Positions 1 to 10,082 are shown, numbered from the stretch's first letter. The stretch: 64,000 nucleotides of DNA from Nitrospirota bacterium (GCA_016180645.1 JACPAV010000008.1:1-64000); one strand, 5' to 3'. Notes: generated by a model not told the origin, from the sequence alone. Program-made: numbers and translations.

Positions 1-1
1 C

Positions 2-106
2 ACGGCGGCAATGCTGAACTGGCCTAAAGACGTCGCCGTGGACTCGAACGGGGATTTCTACATCGCGGATTCCGGCAACTTTCGCATCCGGAAGGTCGCG
101 CAATGA
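2..106 (+). CDS. C-terminus of NHL-repeat protein (partial, starts before window)
   Basis: Frame 2 reads TAAMLNWPKDVAVDSNGDFYIADSGNFRIRKVAQ*, a typical NHL repeat; its TGA overlaps the next ATG (ATGA). Confidence 0.85.
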   Translation, partial: TAAMLNWPKDVAVDSNGDFYIADSGNFRIRKVAQ

Positions 107-3100
107 ACAAGAGCGTCATGCGCCATGGGTCATGCGTCATGAGCGATGGAGATGTCCGAAGTATTCGTAGGGGAGCATCTTCAGATGCTCCCTCTATTCG
201 GGAGGGTCTAAAGACCCTCCCCTACGTTCTGAAGGGTCTAAAGACCCTCCCCTACATCGCTCTCCTGCTGCTCCTTGCCCCCTCCTGCAACCGAGGACCC
301 CAAACGGCCGATGAACGAGGCTTGTCCATGCAGACCGCCCTGCCGGTCTCGCCGGAAGCGGCGGCGGCCCTCCTGACCATCTCCGAGGCGGACGGGCTGG
401 CGATGGACGTGCAGGTCAACGGCATCCAGGCCGCCTCGGGCGCCTCCATGGGAGTCCGGGCAGGCGTGCGCGGAGGTGTAAGAGGCGGAGTCAGAGGCGG
501 GGTACGAGGCATTCGAGTGCGGTCCGGCGTGATGCCGGCCGTACTCTCGACATTGTCGGTGGACAGTACGTCCGCGATGGGAATGAGAGTGCGGAGACAG
601 GCCCCCGGCGGCTCCGAAGATTGTAGGGGAGCATCTTCAGATGCTCCCTCCGAATCGGCCATACGCCGTAGGGGAGCATCTTCAGATGCTCCCTCCGAAT
701 CGGGCGGATCTAAAGATCCGCCCCTACGTTGCTCCGCACTTCGCACTTCCCCGGAGGAAGAAGCCGAAGTCACCTTCGCACTCGAATCCGACAAACCCGT
801 AACCATTCCGTCGGAGGTCCTGATCGCCGCCCAAGAACCGCCTCCGGTGCAGCCGGCGCCCGATCTCTTCACGGTGATGCGGAAACCTTTGGTGACACTC
901 CGCGTTCGGCCAAAGAGCAGCCCGGAAACGCCCCTGATCGAGGCCAAGGCATCGCTGGACCCCGCTACCACATCAGCGGGGGGCACGGCCTCCGTGCAGC
1001 CCAACGCGGAGGACGTCGAACTGGTAGACTCCGACGGCAACGGTACTTCGTCGCTTATGGAGGTGGCCGTACTCGTAACGAAGGGCCTCCCGCTGGATCA
1101 GGCGGTCCAGATCGCCAACGACCCCACTTCGGAACTGAAGCCCACGGCGGAGGAGGTGAAGACGGCCTTCACGGTCATGGCCGCGAAGCTGGAGCAGAAG
1201 GCGGCCGCCGATCTGAAGGGTCAGGGAATGGAGGTCGAGGCGCCGAAAATCGACGTGGAGACGCTCGATGTCACGCCGCCGGACACGGCGCTGAGCGCCG
1301 TGAGTGGCCAGTCGCCAGTGGTCAGTGGCCAGTCGGTCGCAAGCGGAGAAGAAATCACCTTCACGTTCACCTGTACCAAGCAAGACTGCACATACGTTTG
1401 CGACCTGAGCGGGCCGGCGGGGGCGTTCAAATCGAAGACCTGCGCGACTCCATTCGTCCTCACCACGCCCGGCGCGTCCGCCCTCGGCGCCGCCTCGGCC
1501 GAGTTCACCTTGCGCGTGACCGCCTCCGATTCCATGGGCAACCGCGACACCACCCCCGCGGAATTCAAATACACCATTCAGGCCCCAAAGGGGGACACGA
1601 CGCCGCCGGACACGGCGCTCAGCGCCGTGAGTGGTCAGTCGTCAGTGGCCAGTGGTCAGTTGCTGGACAAGACAGAAATCACGTTTGCTTTCTCCTGCTC
1701 CGATCCGGTAGCCGCACCCTTTACGGGTGCGTTTTCGGACGCAGGCGTGAAGCCTGCGGCTACCTGCACGTTCCTGTGCAAGCTGGACACCCCCGCCGCG
1801 ACGGGCACCTTTGCGTCCTGCGCCTCGCCTTACACCGCCAAGCCGGATAGGAATGGCGCGTACCACTTCGCCGTGGCGGCGGTGGACAAGGCCAACAACA
1901 AAGATTCGACACCGGCCGAGTTCACGTGGACGGCTGCCTTCACCGGGCCCTCCGTAACCATCAGCTCTCAGCCGTCGGCGGCCAGCGGTTCGACCAGCGC
2001 CACGTTTGCCTTCAGCTCCACAGACACCTCCGCCACGTTCGAGTGCGACCTCGACTCCGGCGGTTATGCCTCCTGTTCCTCTCCCCACTTGATCACTGGA
2101 CCACTTTCTTCCGGCTCGCACACTTTTTCGGTCCGCGCGAAAGACACCGTGGGGAACGCCGGTTCCGCGGCCACGGCCACGTGGACAATCGACCTGGCCG
2201 CGCCCACGGCAACGATCAGTTCCACACCGTCATCCGTCAGCGGGTCCACGTCCGCCACGTTTGTCTTCAGCTCCACCGACACATCCGCCACCTTCACGTG
2301 CGACATCGACAGCGGCGGATACTCCTCCTGCACGAGTCCGAAGACCTACACCGGCCTGTCCTCCGGTTCCCACACCGTAAGCGTCCGGGCCACCGATACC
2401 GCCGGCAATACAGGCACGGCCACCTCCACTTGGACGATCGACCTCACCGCCCCCACGTTCGGCGGCCTCACCTCGGCCACCGGCGCCTCAACAACCCAGA
2501 TCAACCTCTCCTGGTCGGCCGCGTCGGACGGCGTCAGCGCCGCGTCTGCGATCGTCTACACCATCTGCCAATCCACCACGACCGGCTCGTGCGGTTCGTC
2601 GTTCACGACAACCTACACGACGTCCGCGGGAGCCACGAGTTACAGCGTGACGGGCTTGGCGGCCGATACGAAATACTTCTTCGTAGCCCGCTCGGAGGAC
2701 GGCGTGGGCAACCGGGATTCCGGCACCACGGAGGTGAACGCGAGAACGAGAGGCTATGTTTCAAGGCTTGCGTCGGTCAACCCCGGCACCACCGGCCTCC
2801 ATATGTGCGCCGTCCTGAACGACAACACGGTGCGATGTTGGGGCAAGAATACCACGGGTCAGTTGGGCCAGGGCGGCACGAACGACCTGGGCGACGGCGC
2901 GAACGAAATGGGGAGCAACCTGGCGGCCGTCAGTCTGGGATCGGGGCGAACCGCCACCGCGGTCGCGCCGGGATCGCAGCACACCTGTGCGCTCCTGGAC
3001 AACGGCACGGTGAAGTGCTGGGGATCCAGCAGCCAAGGTCAGCTCGGTCAGGGCAACGTGAACAGCCTGGGCGATGGCGCGAACGAAATGGGCGACAACC

Positions 3101-4026
3101 TAACCGCCATCAGCCTGGGAACGGGACGGACGGCCACCGCCGTCGCCGCGGGCGACGAACACACCTGCGCCCTTCTGGACAACGCCACCGTCAAGTGCTG
3201 GGGGGATGGGGCGTGGGGACCGCTTGGGCAGGGCAACGTGAACGATCTGGGCGACGGCGCGGGCGAGATGGGCGACAGCCTCTCCGCCATCAGCCTCGGT
3301 ACGGGCCGCACGGCGCTGGCCATCACGGCGGGCGGCGCCCAAACCTGCGCGCGCCTCGACAACAGCACCGTCAAGTGCTGGGGGTTCGGCGGCCAGGGGC
3401 AGCTTGGAACGGGCGCTGCGAACAATCTGGGCGACGGCGCGGGCGAGATGGGAGACAACCTCTCCGCGATCAGCCTTGGCACGGGCAGGACGGCCACGGC
3501 CCTCGCCACCGGGCACGATCACTCCTGTGTCATCCTGGACAACAGCACCGTCAAGTGCTGGGGCTTCAACGACTCCGGCCAGCTCGGCCAGGGCCACGCG
3601 AACGACCTAGGCGACGGCGGGGGCGAGATGGGCGACAGCCTCTCGGCGGTCAGCCTGGGCACGGGCAGGACCGCCACCGCGCTCTCCCTGGGCTACCGGC
3701 ACACCTGCGCGCTCCTGGACAACGCCACCGTCAAGTGCTGGGGATACAACAATGTGGGCCAACTCGGCCTGGGCCACACCAACAACCTCGGCGACGGGGC
3801 GAACGAAATGGGGGACAACCTTTCCGCCGTGGACCTCGGCACGGGGCGCACGGCCTTGGGAATCGCCTGCGGGAACAACTTCTCCTGCGCCCTCTTGGAC
3901 AACTACACCGTGAAGTGCTGGGGGGGGAACGCCTCGGGGCAGCTCGGCCAGGGGAGCACAAACAACCTCGGCGACGGCGCAAGCGAGATGGGAGACAGCC
4001 TCCCCATCATCAGCCTGACGCCTTGA
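103..4026 (+). CDS. Large surface (lipo)protein with Ig-like repeats, FN3 domain and C-terminal RCC1/BLIP-II-like propeller
   Basis: Lipobox-like LLLLLAPSC; DxTPPDT...F.C.LD...C.SP Ig-like modules; FN3-like segment (INLSWSAASD...YSVTGLAADTKYFFVARSED); seven ~60-aa HTCALLDNxTVKCWGxxxxGQLG repeats. Start uncertain because the N-terminus is repeat-derived. Confidence 0.85.
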   Translation: MNKSVMRHGSCVMSDGDVRSIRRGASSDAPSIREGLKTLPYVLKGLKTLPYIALLLLLAPSCNRGPQTADERGLSMQTALPVSPEAAAALLTISEADGLAMDVQVNGIQAASGASMGVRAGVRGGVRGGVRGGVRGIRVRSGVMPAVLSTLSVDSTSAMGMRVRRQAPGGSEDCRGASSDAPSESAIRRRGASSDAPSESGGSKDPPLRCSALRTSPEEEAEVTFALESDKPVTIPSEVLIAAQEPPPVQPAPDLFTVMRKPLVTLRVRPKSSPETPLIEAKASLDPATTSAGGTASVQPNAEDVELVDSDGNGTSSLMEVAVLVTKGLPLDQAVQIANDPTSELKPTAEEVKTAFTVMAAKLEQKAAADLKGQGMEVEAPKIDVETLDVTPPDTALSAVSGQSPVVSGQSVASGEEITFTFTCTKQDCTYVCDLSGPAGAFKSKTCATPFVLTTPGASALGAASAEFTLRVTASDSMGNRDTTPAEFKYTIQAPKGDTTPPDTALSAVSGQSSVASGQLLDKTEITFAFSCSDPVAAPFTGAFSDAGVKPAATCTFLCKLDTPAATGTFASCASPYTAKPDRNGAYHFAVAAVDKANNKDSTPAEFTWTAAFTGPSVTISSQPSAASGSTSATFAFSSTDTSATFECDLDSGGYASCSSPHLITGPLSSGSHTFSVRAKDTVGNAGSAATATWTIDLAAPTATISSTPSSVSGSTSATFVFSSTDTSATFTCDIDSGGYSSCTSPKTYTGLSSGSHTVSVRATDTAGNTGTATSTWTIDLTAPTFGGLTSATGASTTQINLSWSAASDGVSAASAIVYTICQSTTTGSCGSSFTTTYTTSAGATSYSVTGLAADTKYFFVARSEDGVGNRDSGTTEVNARTRGYVSRLASVNPGTTGLHMCAVLNDNTVRCWGKNTTGQLGQGGTNDLGDGANEMGSNLAAVSLGSGRTATAVAPGSQHTCALLDNGTVKCWGSSSQGQLGQGNVNSLGDGANEMGDNLTAISLGTGRTATAVAAGDEHTCALLDNATVKCWGDGAWGPLGQGNVNDLGDGAGEMGDSLSAISLGTGRTALAITAGGAQTCARLDNSTVKCWGFGGQGQLGTGAANNLGDGAGEMGDNLSAISLGTGRTATALATGHDHSCVILDNSTVKCWGFNDSGQLGQGHANDLGDGGGEMGDSLSAVSLGTGRTATALSLGYRHTCALLDNATVKCWGYNNVGQLGLGHTNNLGDGANEMGDNLSAVDLGTGRTALGIACGNNFSCALLDNYTVKCWGGNASGQLGQGSTNNLGDGASEMGDSLPIISLTP
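167..255. repeat. GTAG-REP doublet, family 1, plus an extra half copy, inside the CDS
   Basis: GTAGGGGAGCATCTTCAGATGCTCCC...GGGAGGGTCTAAAGACCCTCCCCTAC; related copies at 623, 60955 and 63059. Confidence 0.85.
623..727. repeat. GTAG-REP triplet, family 1, inside the CDS
   Basis: Two GTAGGGGAGCATCTTCAGATGCTCCC units (623, 668) plus inverted GGGCGGATCTAAAGATCCGCCCCTAC. Confidence 0.85.
1708..1763. repeat. GTAG-REP doublet, family 2, inside the CDS
   Basis: GTAGCCGCACCCTTTACGGGTGCG...CGCAGGCGTGAAGCCTGCGGCTAC; related to 10079, 23196 and 26729. Confidence 0.8.
2800..4010 (+). repeat. Coding tandem repeats (~180-bp period) encoding RCC1-like blades
   Basis: Recurrent GACAACxxCACxGTxAAGTGCTGGGG and GGCGACGGCGCGxxCGAxATGGG every ~180 bp. 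Confidence 0.9.
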
Positions 4027-4043
4027 TCCATCGGCTCATCCAC

Positions 4044-4099
4044 ATAATCGGTGACAGTATACTCTAATTCAACAAATAAAGTATACTGTCACCGATTAT
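4044..4099. terminator. Perfect 20-bp inverted repeat between convergent genes (bidirectional terminator or palindromic element)
   Basis: ATAATCGGTGACAGTATACT-N16-AGTATACTGTCACCGATTAT; the right arm overlaps the relA/spoT stop codon. Confidence 0.65.
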
Positions 4100-6257
4100 C
4101 GGCGGCTTCGCGGACGCGCTCCACGGTGATGACGTCCGGCAGTTTCTCAATCGCCCGGATGACGGTGTGGAGCTGATCCGAATCGGACACCATCAATTCG
4201 AAAATCTGCACGGCCTTGCTGTCCTGCGTGGTGTAGATCCGGGCGGAGAGAATGTTCGTCTTGGTCTTGGAAATCACCTTGCTTACCTTGGCCAGGAGAC
4301 CGATGCGATCGGAAGAAAAGACTTTCACCTTCACGGGCATCGCGTTCCGCTCCTTGACATCCCACTTCACATCCACCCGGCGCTCCGGATCGTGCTTGAG
4401 GGCGTTCGCGCACGACGCGGAGTGGATGCTCACGCCCTTGCCGTAGACCATATATCCCACGATGGCCTCACCCGGCAGCGGGTCGCAGCACCGGCCGAAA
4501 TGAACGAGAACGTCCGACTTTCCTTCGACCTTCACCACGCCCGGTGAACGCCCCATCGCCCTCATGAAGATCGTTTGGATGGGGCTGATGATCTTCTGCG
4601 TGAGGTCCCGCTTCACCTCCACGTTGGGAACGACCCGGTCCGCCACCTCCCCTGCGCTGACCTTGCCGAATCCGATCTTCTGATAGAGCCTCTCGATCTG
4701 GCCCGTTTTGAGTTCCGCCAGGAGGCCCGTCAAGGCGCCGTTGTTCATGACTTGATCCAGAGTCAGCTCCCGCTTGAGCAGCTCTTTCTCCAGCAACTCC
4801 TTCCCCAAACCTTCGCTCTTGGTCCTTTCCTCCCGTTTGACCCACCGCCGGATATGGCTCCGAGCCCGCGCGGTGACCACGAAATCGAGCCACTCCTTCA
4901 ACGGCATCTGCTCGGCATTCGTGATGATCTCGACCGAATCGCCGTCGTTCAGCTCGTGCGAGAGCGACACGAGCCGGCCGTTCACCTTCGCGCCCACGCA
5001 GTGGCTTCCAAGATTGGAGTGGACGCTGTAGGCAAAATCGAGGGGCGTGGCGCCTTTGGGAAATTGCCGGATATCTCCCTTCGGAGTAAAGACAAAAATA
5101 TCGTCTGCATAAAGATCTACGCGCAACGTATCCAGGAACTCATTAGGATCTTGGATGGACTTCTGCCATTCGATCAGCCGCCGGAGCCACGAGAAAGCCT
5201 CGTCCTCTTTGCTCAGGTCGTACCGCCCCTCCCGGTACCGCCAGTGCGCTGCGATCCCCTCCTCGGCCACCCAGTGCATGTCCTTCGTCCGGATTTGAAC
5301 CTCCATCCGCACGCCGGCCGGACCGATCACGGAGGTGTGGAGCGATTGGTACAGATTCGCCTTCGGGAGCGCCAAATAGTCCTTGAATCGGCCGGGGATG
5401 GGTGTGTACAGCGAATGCACCAGTCCCAGCGCCTGATAGCATTGGTTCACATTCTGCGTGATGATCCTGAACCCCAGGATGTCGTACAGCTGCTCGAAAT
5501 CGAGCCCTTCCTCGTCCATCTTTCTCTGAATGCTGTAGACGTTCTTCATTCTGGACTGGAACTCATGTTCGATGCTCATCTCACGCAGCTTCACCGACAC
5601 CGTCTCGGCCACCTGGGAAAAGAGCGCTTCGTGCTGGTCCTTCAGCTTCTTCAGCTTCAGGCTGATGTTTTTGTACGGCTCGGGCTTGAGGGCCTTGAAG
5701 CAGAGGTCCTCCAACTCGCGCCGAATCCAGTCCACTCCCAGCCGATGCGCCAGCGGGGCGTAGATGTCCGTCGTCTCCACGGCGATCTTCTCTCGACGTT
5801 CGGTCGGGAGAGCGTCGAGCGTGCGCATGTTGTGGAGCCGGTCCGCCAGCTTGATGAGAAGAACGCGATAGTCCCGCGCGATGTGGAGGATCATTTTCCG
5901 GAAGTTTTCGGCCTGTTTCTCCTCCTTGCTCTTGAAGTCGATGCGGTTCAGTTTGGTGAGGCTCTCCACCATGTTGAAGATTCGCCGCCCGAACTGTTGC
6001 TCAATCTGTTCGGGCGTGGTGGGGGTGTCCTCCAGCGTATCGTGGAGGAGCGCCGCGGTGATGGACTCCGGGTCCATCTTCATCTGCGTCAGGATGTGCG
6101 CGGTTTCGACGAGATGATTCAAATACGGTTCGCCGGAAACGCGAACTTGCCCCTTGTGGGCGCGGGAGGCGAAGACAAACCCCTCCTTGACGGTATCCAG
6201 CTGGTCCGGGGTGTACCGCTGGTCGAGGCCTTGGAGGATGTCGCTAAATCGTGCCAC
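4089..6257 (-). CDS. spoT: Bifunctional (p)ppGpp synthetase/hydrolase (RelA/SpoT)
   Basis: HD motif (ALLHDTLED), [12 protein letters not shown], synthetase YQSLHT/EVQIRT, TGS and ACT domains. Confidence 0.95.
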   Translation of the reverse strand: MARFSDILQGLDQRYTPDQLDTVKEGFVFASRAHKGQVRVSGEPYLNHLVETAHILTQMKMDPESITAALLHDTLEDTPTTPEQIEQQFGRRIFNMVESLTKLNRIDFKSKEEKQAENFRKMILHIARDYRVLLIKLADRLHNMRTLDALPTERREKIAVETTDIYAPLAHRLGVDWIRRELEDLCFKALKPEPYKNISLKLKKLKDQHEALFSQVAETVSVKLREMSIEHEFQSRMKNVYSIQRKMDEEGLDFEQLYDILGFRIITQNVNQCYQALGLVHSLYTPIPGRFKDYLALPKANLYQSLHTSVIGPAGVRMEVQIRTKDMHWVAEEGIAAHWRYREGRYDLSKEDEAFSWLRRLIEWQKSIQDPNEFLDTLRVDLYADDIFVFTPKGDIRQFPKGATPLDFAYSVHSNLGSHCVGAKVNGRLVSLSHELNDGDSVEIITNAEQMPLKEWLDFVVTARARSHIRRWVKREERTKSEGLGKELLEKELLKRELTLDQVMNNGALTGLLAELKTGQIERLYQKIGFGKVSAGEVADRVVPNVEVKRDLTQKIISPIQTIFMRAMGRSPGVVKVEGKSDVLVHFGRCCDPLPGEAIVGYMVYGKGVSIHSASCANALKHDPERRVDVKWDVKERNAMPVKVKVFSSDRIGLLAKVSKVISKTKTNILSARIYTTQDSKAVQIFELMVSDSDQLHTVIRAIEKLPDVITVERVREAADNR

Positions 6258-6468
6258 CTTCCCCGGGGGCCTCCGGCGACGGCACTCGCTTCTTGACCAC
6301 GCCTTCGGCGATCTCGCGCAGCGCCGTCACAATTTCCTTATTGTCGCACTCGACCTGCGGGCGCGCCTGCCCTTGGAGAAGCTGCTTGACCCGCTGGCTG
6401 GCCATGATGATCAGCTCGAAGCGGTTGTCGATTTTCTCGAGGCAATCCTCGACGGTAATACGAGCCAT
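6244..6468 (-). CDS. rpoZ: RNA polymerase omega subunit
   Basis: [26 protein letters not shown]...ALREIAEG; gmk-rpoZ-spoT synteny. Confidence 0.95.
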   Translation of the reverse strand: MARITVEDCLEKIDNRFELIIMASQRVKQLLQGQARPQVECDNKEIVTALREIAEGVVKKRVPSPEAPGEGGTI

Positions 6469-6517
6469 CAAACCTCCTGACGAAAGAATTGAATCATGGG
6501 TTCATTGTTTCAATTAA

Positions 6518-7123
6518 TCATTTCCCGGACCGGACGGACCCAACGCGTTGCCGCTCGGCTGCGACGATGCTCCGCAAGGCATCGACCGTTTCGTGGATGT
6601 CGTTGTTCGTCACGCGGTAATCATACCTCTTTGCGCGGAGAAGTTCATCTCGCGCCACCCTCAGTCGTTTTCGAACCTCCTTTTCCGGCAGGGCGCCCCG
6701 ATTCCGAAGCCGATGCTCAAGCTCCCTCATCGAGGGCGGGAACATGAAAATCAGAACCGTGGAGGGATCACGGCGCTTCAGCGCTCGCCCCCCCTTCACG
6801 TCGATCACACACACGACGTCCTTCCCTTTCTTCCAAATCCGCTTCACTTCACCCATGGGAGTGCCGTAGAAGAAGCCGAAGACTTTCTTCCACTCGATGA
6901 ATGCGCCGCGCCGCGCCTCGGACCGGAACCGGGCGGGTGTCACATACTCATAGTCCCGCCCGATCCTCTCGCCCGGACGCGGCCCCCGGGTGGTCCACGA
7001 GACACTCCGCGCCAACCGCGGGTCTTTCCGCAGAAGCCGGCTCACCACCGTGCTCTTCCCCGTTCCCGAGGGCGCCGAGACCACAAAGATCAGACCCCTT
7101 CCGCGAGGCATCGGCCTCCTCAT
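6518..7123 (-). CDS. gmk: Guanylate kinase
   Basis: SAPSGTGKST P-loop, SWTTRGPRPGE..GRDY, FYGTP. Confidence 0.95.
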   Translation of the reverse strand: MRRPMPRGRGLIFVVSAPSGTGKSTVVSRLLRKDPRLARSVSWTTRGPRPGERIGRDYEYVTPARFRSEARRGAFIEWKKVFGFFYGTPMGEVKRIWKKGKDVVCVIDVKGGRALKRRDPSTVLIFMFPPSMRELEHRLRNRGALPEKEVRKRLRVARDELLRAKRYDYRVTNNDIHETVDALRSIVAAERQRVGSVRSGK

Positions 7124-7533
7124 TTCAACTCACCGAAGTGACGCAGCACGTCCAAGGACTTCCCGCCGATGCCCGGGACGCGGTCGATATCGCCCCACGT
7201 GAGAGGCCGGCCCAACGCTTCGCGAAGGTCCACGATCCGCGATGCCGCGGGCCCGTCGATTCCAGGGAGGGCGGACAGATCGTCGCGCCCCGCCGATCGG
7301 AGATCCATTTTCATGAAGAAGAGAAGGCCCCGAACCGGCTGGATCGGGCTCACGTCGAGACGGGTGCCTACCGGGACGACCGCTGGTTTTCCCGTCGAGT
7401 TCATTTCGGCCCAATCGCCGCCCGCGGCTTCGGAAACAACCGCGACGGCTGCGTGGGATGCCAAGGCGCTGCTCGCGGCCTGGATGAGGATTCCCATCCC
7501 GGCCAAGGCCGCCAACACGCTGTTCCGATCCAC
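7120..7533 (-). CDS. ComEA-like helix-hairpin-helix protein
   Basis: N-terminal hydrophobic segment; two HhH motifs (LPGIDG, RVPGIGGK). Confidence 0.7.
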   Translation of the reverse strand: MDRNSVLAALAGMGILIQAASSALASHAAVAVVSEAAGGDWAEMNSTGKPAVVPVGTRLDVSPIQPVRGLLFFMKMDLRSAGRDDLSALPGIDGPAASRIVDLREALGRPLTWGDIDRVPGIGGKSLDVLRHFGELK

Positions 7534-7534
7534 G

Positions 7535-9112
7535 CTACGCGCGTTTCCGGTCTTTGTGGAGCTTGTAGGCGAGACTGTCGACGAGCGCCTGCCACGACGC
7601 CTCGATGATGTTGTGGGACACGCCCACCGTGCTCCACGTGTCCTTGTGGTCGCCGGATTCGATCAGCACGCGCACTTGGGCACCCGTCCCCTCGGCCCCG
7701 CTGATGACGCGCACTTTGTAGTCGCGCAGCTCCACTTCGCGGATGGATGGATAGAATCTTTCGAGCGCCTTCCGCAGCGCCTGGTCCAAGGCATTCACAG
7801 GACCATTCCCCACGGCCGCCGTGTGCTCCACTTCACCATCCACTTCGATCATGATCGTCGCCTCTGCATAGGGCGGCTCGTGCTCGCTCCGTTTCTCGTC
7901 GATCACGCGAAAACCCACCAGCTTGAACACCTTGGAACCCTTCCCCATCGCCCGGCGCATGAGCAGCTCGAACGAACCCTCGGCGCCCTCGTACTGGTAG
8001 CCGCGATTTTCGAGATGCTTCAGTTCGGTGAGGAGGCTCTTGACGGCTTTGTCCTTTGAATGGATGTCAATGCCGTACTCCTGCGCCTTCGAGACGATGT
8101 TTCCGCTCCCCGAGAGGTCCGATACCAAAATCCGCCTGCGGTTGCCGATGAGGGCCGGATCGATATGCTCATACGATTTCACGTTCCGCCGGACGCCGCT
8201 CACGTGCATGCCGCCCTTGTGCGCGAAGGCGGCGTCCCCCACGAACGGCTGGTGCTTCGGCGGCACCATGTTGGTCAGCTCGAAAACCGTTCGCGAGACC
8301 TCTCTCAATCGACGAAGATTCTCCCTGCCGATCGTCGCACGGCGCATTTTTAACTCCAGATTGGGAATCACCGAACACAGGTTGGCATTCCCGCACCGCT
8401 CGCCGATCCCGTTGATGGTCCCGTGCACCTGCGTGGCGCCCGCCCGAATGGCCGCCAACGCGTTCGCCACCGCCAGCTCCCCATCGTTGTGCGTATGGAT
8501 GCCCACGCCCTGTGTGAACCGGGCGCATACCTCCTTGGTCACTTCCTCCACCTCGATCGGCATGCTCCCCCCGTTCGTATCGCACAGAACGAGCCAGCGG
8601 GCGCCGCCCGATGCGGCGGCTTCCAGCGCCGCCATGACATACTCCGGATTCTCCTTATATCCATCGAAGAAATGTTCCGCATCAAAGATAAGTTCCGATG
8701 AATACTTTGAGAGATACTTCATGGTCTGATGGATGCAGTTCAGATTACGTTCCAGAGAGGTACGCAGCACGTCCCTCACGTGCAGGGTCGATGTCTTGCC
8801 CACGATGGCCAGGGCGGGCACGTGCGCGCCGATGAGGGCCTTGAGCATCGGATCACGATCGGGCTTGATACCGATTCGGTGCGTCATGCCAAAGGCGACC
8901 AGCTTGGAGTGGCGCAGACGTGATTTCCGGGCCTTCTTGAAAAACTCGATATCGCGCGGATTCGATCCGGGGTACCCCCCTTCGATGTAGTCGATGCCCA
9001 ATTCATCCAGCAGGTGCGTGATCTTGAGTTTGTCCGCCGCGGAGTAGGCCACATCCTCGCCCTGCGTGCCGTCGCGGAGCGTTGTGTCGTAGATGTACAC
9101 TTTCTCGCCCAT
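7535..9112 (-). CDS. cimA: Citramalate synthase (LeuA family)
   Basis: YDTTLRDGTQGE, DAEHFFDGYK, LCDTNGG, AFAHKGGMHVSGV, GNGPVNALD. Confidence 0.92.
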   Translation of the reverse strand: MGEKVYIYDTTLRDGTQGEDVAYSAADKLKITHLLDELGIDYIEGGYPGSNPRDIEFFKKARKSRLRHSKLVAFGMTHRIGIKPDRDPMLKALIGAHVPALAIVGKTSTLHVRDVLRTSLERNLNCIHQTMKYLSKYSSELIFDAEHFFDGYKENPEYVMAALEAAASGGARWLVLCDTNGGSMPIEVEEVTKEVCARFTQGVGIHTHNDGELAVANALAAIRAGATQVHGTINGIGERCGNANLCSVIPNLELKMRRATIGRENLRRLREVSRTVFELTNMVPPKHQPFVGDAAFAHKGGMHVSGVRRNVKSYEHIDPALIGNRRRILVSDLSGSGNIVSKAQEYGIDIHSKDKAVKSLLTELKHLENRGYQYEGAEGSFELLMRRAMGKGSKVFKLVGFRVIDEKRSEHEPPYAEATIMIEVDGEVEHTAAVGNGPVNALDQALRKALERFYPSIREVELRDYKVRVISGAEGTGAQVRVLIESGDHKDTWSTVGVSHNIIEASWQALVDSLAYKLHKDRKRA

Positions 9113-9121
9113 AGGTGCGCG

Positions 9122-9150
9122 ATCTTACTCGGCTTGACCGGCGACGTCAA
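9122..9150 (-). promoter_or_regulatory. sigma70-type promoter for the cimA operon
   Basis: Minus strand TTGACG-N17-TAAGAT, 9 nt before the ATG. Confidence 0.6.
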
Positions 9151-9166
9151 AATCCGCTCATTGCCA

Positions 9167-9348
9167 AGCGTTCAGCTATCAGCAGTCAGCTTTCAGCTTC
9201 GGGACAGGAAGGAAGTGCTCGTGTCTTGTATTCCCCTCCTGATCCGAAGCTGTGTCACATGCCGCGTCGTCCTGAGCGCGGCGACATTGCACGGTCCCAT
9301 GCCTTCCGTAGCATGGGGCTGATGGCTGAGAGCTGACCGCTGAACGCT
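9167..9348. repeat. Inverted arrays of AGCNNTC heptamers flanking a ~120-bp core
   Basis: AGCGTTC AGCTATC AGCAGTC AGCTTTC AGC at 9167-9197; complementary array at 9318-9348. Confidence 0.7.
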
Positions 9349-9356
9349 TACCCTCA

Positions 9357-9385
9357 TTGAAAGGCACATCGGATGGGGGTAACGT
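9357..9385 (+). promoter_or_regulatory. Putative sigma70 promoter for leaderless queC
   Basis: TTGAAA-N17-TAACGT, 7 nt before ATG 9393; no SD. Confidence 0.5.
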
Positions 9386-9392
9386 TTCCTCC

Positions 9393-10082
9393 ATGGCCAA
9401 GAAAGCCGTGGTGCTGTTAAGCGGCGGTGTGGATTCGGCCACGACGCTCGCCGTGGCCAAGGGGAAAAACTACCTTCCCTACGCGCTGACGTTCGACTAC
9501 GGACAGCGCCACGCCGTGGAGATTGAAGCGGCCAGGAAGGTGGCGGCGGCGATGGGCGCGGTGGAACATCTCGTGGTGAAGTTCGATCTCAGGGGCATCG
9601 GCGGCTCGGCGCTCACGGCGGATATCCCCGTTCCGAAGAATCGCGACGACAAGACGATCCGCTCCGGCATCCCGGTCACCTACGTCCCCGCCCGGAATAC
9701 GATTTTTCTCTCCGTGGCTCTGGGCTGGGCGGAAACGCTCGGTGCGCGCGACATCTTTATCGGAGTCAATGCTCTGGACTACAGCGGCTACCCCGATTGC
9801 CGCGCGGAATTCGTCCGCCAGTTCGAAAGCCTCGCCGCCGTGGCCACGAAGGCCGGCGTAGAGGGGGCCATCTTTCGCGTCCATGCGCCGCTCATCGAGC
9901 TTTCCAAGGCTGAGATCATCCGCCGCGGAAGCGGGCTCGGCGTCGATTTCTCGCTCACTCACAGTTGCTACGACCCTGCCCCGACCGGCGCCGCCTGTGG
10001 GGCCTGCGACTCCTGCATCCTCCGGCGAAAGGGCTTCGAGGAAGCGGGCCTGCCGGATCCGGCGTGGGGATCACTCCGGTAG
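9393..10082 (+). CDS. queC: 7-cyano-7-deazaguanine synthase
   Basis: [34 protein letters not shown]...CGACDSC. Confidence 0.96.
   Translation: MAKKAVVLLSGGVDSATTLAVAKGKNYLPYALTFDYGQRHAVEIEAARKVAAAMGAVEHLVVKFDLRGIGGSALTADIPVPKNRDDKTIRSGIPVTYVPARNTIFLSVALGWAETLGARDIFIGVNALDYSGYPDCRAEFVRQFESLAAVATKAGVEGAIFRVHAPLIELSKAEIIRRGSGLGVDFSLTHSCYDPAPTGAACGACDSCILRRKGFEEAGLPDPAWGSLR

Noticed and set aside
2800-4010. Diversity-generating retroelement TR/VR or non-coding array in the 180-bp repeats
   Set aside because: The repeats are in-frame RCC1-like blades; no reverse transcriptase is present and no adenine-specific variation is evident.
1926-4067. Long alternative-frame and antisense ORFs (e.g. 1926-4067, 4575-6296, 14942-17062, 30001-31587, 52547-54310)
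   Set aside because: Shadow ORFs typical of high-GC coding DNA, overlapping well-supported genes, with Arg/Pro/His-biased composition and no motifs.
9200-9392. preQ1 riboswitch upstream of queC
   Set aside because: No recognisable preQ1 stem and A-rich tail, and the putative promoter leaves no leader.
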